Shown here: one piece after another, positions 60,701 to 64,000 of the stretch | How positions within the stretch are numbered: position 1 is the first letter of the stretch | Layout of the letters: each line of letters begins with the position of its first letter | Assembly (NCBI GenBank): GCA_964187785.1 | Contig: OZ076409.1 | Span: forward strand, 11,100,001 to 11,164,000 | Direction of reading: 5' to 3' | Origin: Amphiscolops sp. MND2022 | Lineage: Eukaryota | DNA: 64,000 nt | The notes under the pieces: generated by a model | Told to the model about the DNA's origin: nothing | Database searches by the model: none | What the model saw: the letters and a program-made list of their open reading frames with translations, nothing else | Made by a program: the position numbers and the translations under genes

Positions 60701-62542
60701 GCGAGTGATCGGCATCTGGTCTGAGTCTGACTACAGTAGCTTCAGCGTTACCACTGTTGCAGACAGGGTGGTTGGCACGGTGACCGTTTGCACGTTGGAA
60801 GGGCCTTCAAGTTATGTTGTCTTCTCCCTAGCGTACGGTCAAGAGTGGGAGCAGGAAGCTGTGTCATGGATTGTGAATCTCCTTTGCTGTTGTGTTGGAC
60901 CAGTTGCGCCTGTTGGCATCAATTGTGGGTTGTTGCCGAGAGTGGAGAGAGTTTTGTGTGCATCCTCTGGGCCGTATGTTATTACGTTTGTGCCGTTGAA
61001 GCTTCACGACTTGAACAAATGTCTTGTGGATTCTAGTGTGCGTGTGATGGGTGGAAGTGACCTGTATTCAATTTTTAACCATCTACAAACTAGACTGAAA
61101 GAGTTTGTGAGGGATCCAATTCTGCTGGCATGTCCAAAACTGTTGCAGGTAAATATATTTAGGGTATCGTTGTGTGCGTGTTTGTCCTGGGATGTTAGTT
61201 TGTGACTGTTCTTAGGTATGAGGCTGTCGAGAGTCATGTGCAACTGTTTGTTATAAGTTTCTTCTGGTGTTTCAGTGTATTCTGGATGGAGAAGTGACTC
61301 TCTGGGATGTGCCTGATGTTTTGACAGAACTCTACAGTAATTGGATTGAGATCTCCTGTTTGTTGCGAGAACCGAGCAGCTCTGGGACAATTGAGTCCTT
61401 GGATCTTGTACTGTGTGGAGACCCAAGTGTTCCACTGCGATTTCATGCTTTGGCTATCGTTTTTCGTGCTCGTATGTACACTTTATTTTGTATAGTAATA
61501 TAGATTTTAGGATAGGGGATTGGGATAAGTTTTACCTTTCCGGACTATAGTGGTTGATTGTCGGGTTTACTTTTATGTGTACTTTAGTATCGGCTTTGGT
61601 GTTGTTTTAGTCGTTGCTTCATATCGCTGGAGTTTCAGCAGTAGTGGACTGAGGAGCTGTCACTGGGCATATGAGAGTGCGTGCTTCATTCATTCGATTT
61701 TGTCCAGAGTATGTGACGAAAATGAACTGCCTGCTGTGACAGACGTACGAGCGTGCTTGGAAGTGGAAGTAGCCAGTCTTGTGTTATCAGAAGTTAAATT
61801 GGGTGCTCTTCAAGATGAATTCATTGTACATTCATCGTGTTTCGACAGTCCGGATGTATTTGTGGCTGATGTAGCGACAGTGAGGAGTTTCTTTCTAGTC
61901 TTGGTAGAGGAGGTTCTGCAAATTCGCGGGATGAAAGAATCAGTGTCATTTCATCTAAGTGTGTGCTGCCCTGCTGTGTTATTGTGTGGAGATGCAAATG
62001 TGCTTGCTAGTGAGGTGGAGCAGTTCACAGAATTGTTAATCGATCTGCGGAGAATCCGTACATCAGAGAAACGACAGATGGATGGAAGTTTCAGGTCGTT
62101 TTTGACGAATTTCCGGCGCGGGGCAACTGATGTCGCTGTTGACAGTTGCAGTTCAGCCGTGGATATTCTCCGAGCCTGCGATAATCTGCATTCTCGACGT
62201 TTGTTTCGTTTCCTGATGTGCCTTGGAGGGAGTCCCCTTTTCCCAGGAACTTTGAGTTGTGTTGGTGTGGGGCAGTTGCGTGCGAATGTTACAACTAGTG
62301 TGTGTGCTACTATCTTGAGTTTCCTCAAGACTCATTGTGTTCGCCAGTTTGAAAGTGTCAGTGGGCCCTTAGTAGAAGAAGTCGTCGACGCAATAAGTCG
62401 ATTTACAGTCCTGTCAGAGTTAACCGAAGAGATGCTCTGGGATGACGTCGGAGTTGTTGCAGACGAAGCTTATCGTCAATCTCTTTATGAGTTGATGGGT
62501 TTCACTGAAGAGGGGGAACGTGCTCCGAGTCCGGAAGTTTGA
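57782..62542 (+). CDS. Intact 8-exon gene, ~1060 aa: disordered N-terminus, C2H2-type zinc finger and hAT-transposase-derived body lacking the DDE triad
   Basis: Exons 57782-57833, 57911-58066, 58136(or 58166)-58261, 58564-59235, 59876-60438, 60663-61148, 61276-61471 and 61611-62542. All are GT-AG and phase-compatible, summing to 3183 nt. Motifs: CLLC...WEHCRGVRH, FVPLKLHDLN, SYRW and RLFRFLMCL. Confidence 0.8.
59340..59770 (+). repeat. Intronic phased CATC-N7-CATC array (~71-bp period)
   Basis: Perfect copies at 59401, 59472, 59544, 59613 and 59755; near-perfect at ~59342 and 59685. Confidence 0.85.
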
Positions 62543-62867
62543 AGACTTGCTGTTCGCTACAATTTTTGCTGTATATTGTTTCATTGTGTACGTTTTGATT
62601 TATTATTTTATTTTATTTGTGGTACAGGTAGTGTTAGTGTGGGTGACCAAATCAATGAAAATACTATTAGATGAGGGAGGAGTGAAAAATACTACGTCGG
62701 AAAGGTCGGTAGTATGATTTATGTACATTAATTAAAATTTGGTGCCCGAAATTCATTTTCATTTAGAGCTGTTAGTGGTAGACGTTGTAGGTAGTGAAAT
62801 TTTGCGGTTCATAACTTTCTTAGTCTGCTAGTAAGTCATGTCATTGAGCTATTCGGGTTCCTGTTGT

Positions 62868-63250
62868 CATCGCTTTAACATCGTTTTTTCGTTGTCGTAA
62901 GTCTCAAATGGCTCTTCTCACGGTGATCATCGTTGTTACATCTAATATACATGTAGGTAGTATATCAGCGTTGCGGTATTGATTTTACATCTCATTTTCA
63001 TCACGTTTTCCTCGGTTGACCGGGCGACGTCGCGAAAGTTGTTTTCTCATCTTTTTTACATCGTTTGTTATATGCGATTCCTTGCATGTTTGTTACATGT
63101 GATTTTCCTACATAGTTCATCGTTTTTTCATCTTGCCTTTGAATTTTTGCATTTTTGCTAGTTTTTGGTGTAATTCATCGTTTTTGCATCGCAAGTTTGT
63201 CTTGTCCAGTTTTTGCTCATTTTGCTGTATAGTTCATCTTCTTTTCATCG
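62868..63250 (+). repeat. Downstream phased CATC-N7-CATC array (~60-bp period)
   Basis: Perfect copies at 62868, 62928, 62988, 63048, 63118, 63176 and 63235. Confidence 0.88.
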
Positions 63251-64000
63251 TATTTTTGAAATGTACAATTTTTGCGTGTATTCGATGTTATTTTGCTATA
63301 ACGTAAGCGGGGTTGCATTTTTCATGTCCGGGGGAAATTTTTATTAGTATTGCGGTGATTCAGAGTGTTTTCTTCATGTATTTTAGCGTTATACGGTTAT
63401 AATCGTTTGTCGTGTTTTTGAATTTGCATGAATTTTATAGTACATGTGGTTTGATCATCGTCGTCATTTTTCTAATTTGTCATCTTCGGAACGTCATAGC
63501 ATGTATTTTTAGTTCGAATTCTGGTGACCGCCGCGTGCGTGGCAGTCGAAAATAAGTTCACTCAGCAGTGGTACTGATAGCCTGTAGGCGTGCAAGGTAC
63601 TAGTGGCTTCAGTCCAAAGCTGGGTGAGTGGAGCTGCTCCGCTCCTTTCAGATGAATTGAATCTCGTAGTTTCGGGCTATATATAGTGTATATGTCATTT
63701 TTTCGGTTGGTTGTTTGCCATTATTCATCGAAATGGGTTTGTCCATTTGACGGTCAGTCCGATCAATTAATATGATTGACAACTACAGTTATGCATGTGT
63801 CCAGTTTGAGACTATCTGTTTCTTGTATTTACATGTATGGATTGTTACATGATGTGTTCTTTTTAAATGGGTTGCCCCATTATTGACATGTCGTTATATG
63901 TTCGGTGTCAGTTTCATGTTTTTTAATTTTATTTTCGTTCATTTGGACAGGGCTTTGTCGTCACAAAGCCCCTACAAAACTAACTGAGAATCCACTAGCC

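Overview
AT-rich, repeat-dense eukaryotic DNA, most likely from an invertebrate animal; the species cannot be established from sequence alone. One clear host gene is present: a spliced four-EF-hand calmodulin-like gene on the minus strand (11469-17054), with Helentron/HINE-type repeats in its introns. The window is dominated by LTR retrotransposons. Element A is a complete 18.65-kb Ty3/gypsy element (18908-37560, minus) with 728-bp LTRs about 99.3% identical, a TATAT target-site duplication and a tRNA-Arg-like PBS. Its ~3100-codon Gag-Pol is broken by a few lesions and ends in an AT-hook and a TARG1-like macrodomain. It also has an intact 1435-aa ORF3 in the env position, preceded by a splice acceptor and containing a degenerate SGNH-like domain. 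Element B is a decayed gypsy element (about 42858-52500). Element C is the end of a third element (54417 to at least 63250). B and C share one layout: LTR end, Gag-like leader ORF, promoter, then an antisense gene for a zinc-finger hAT-transposase-derived protein lacking the catalytic DDE. In C that gene is intact (8 exons, ~1060 aa). It is flanked and interrupted by about 30 perfect GATG-N7-GATG motifs spaced mostly 60-70 bp apart, whose orientation flips at the divergent promoter. This is the best candidate for an undescribed system. A BEL/Pao integrase relic, TIR/foldback elements, LTR-end fragments and simple repeats are also present. All protein-family assignments are by eye, without database searches.
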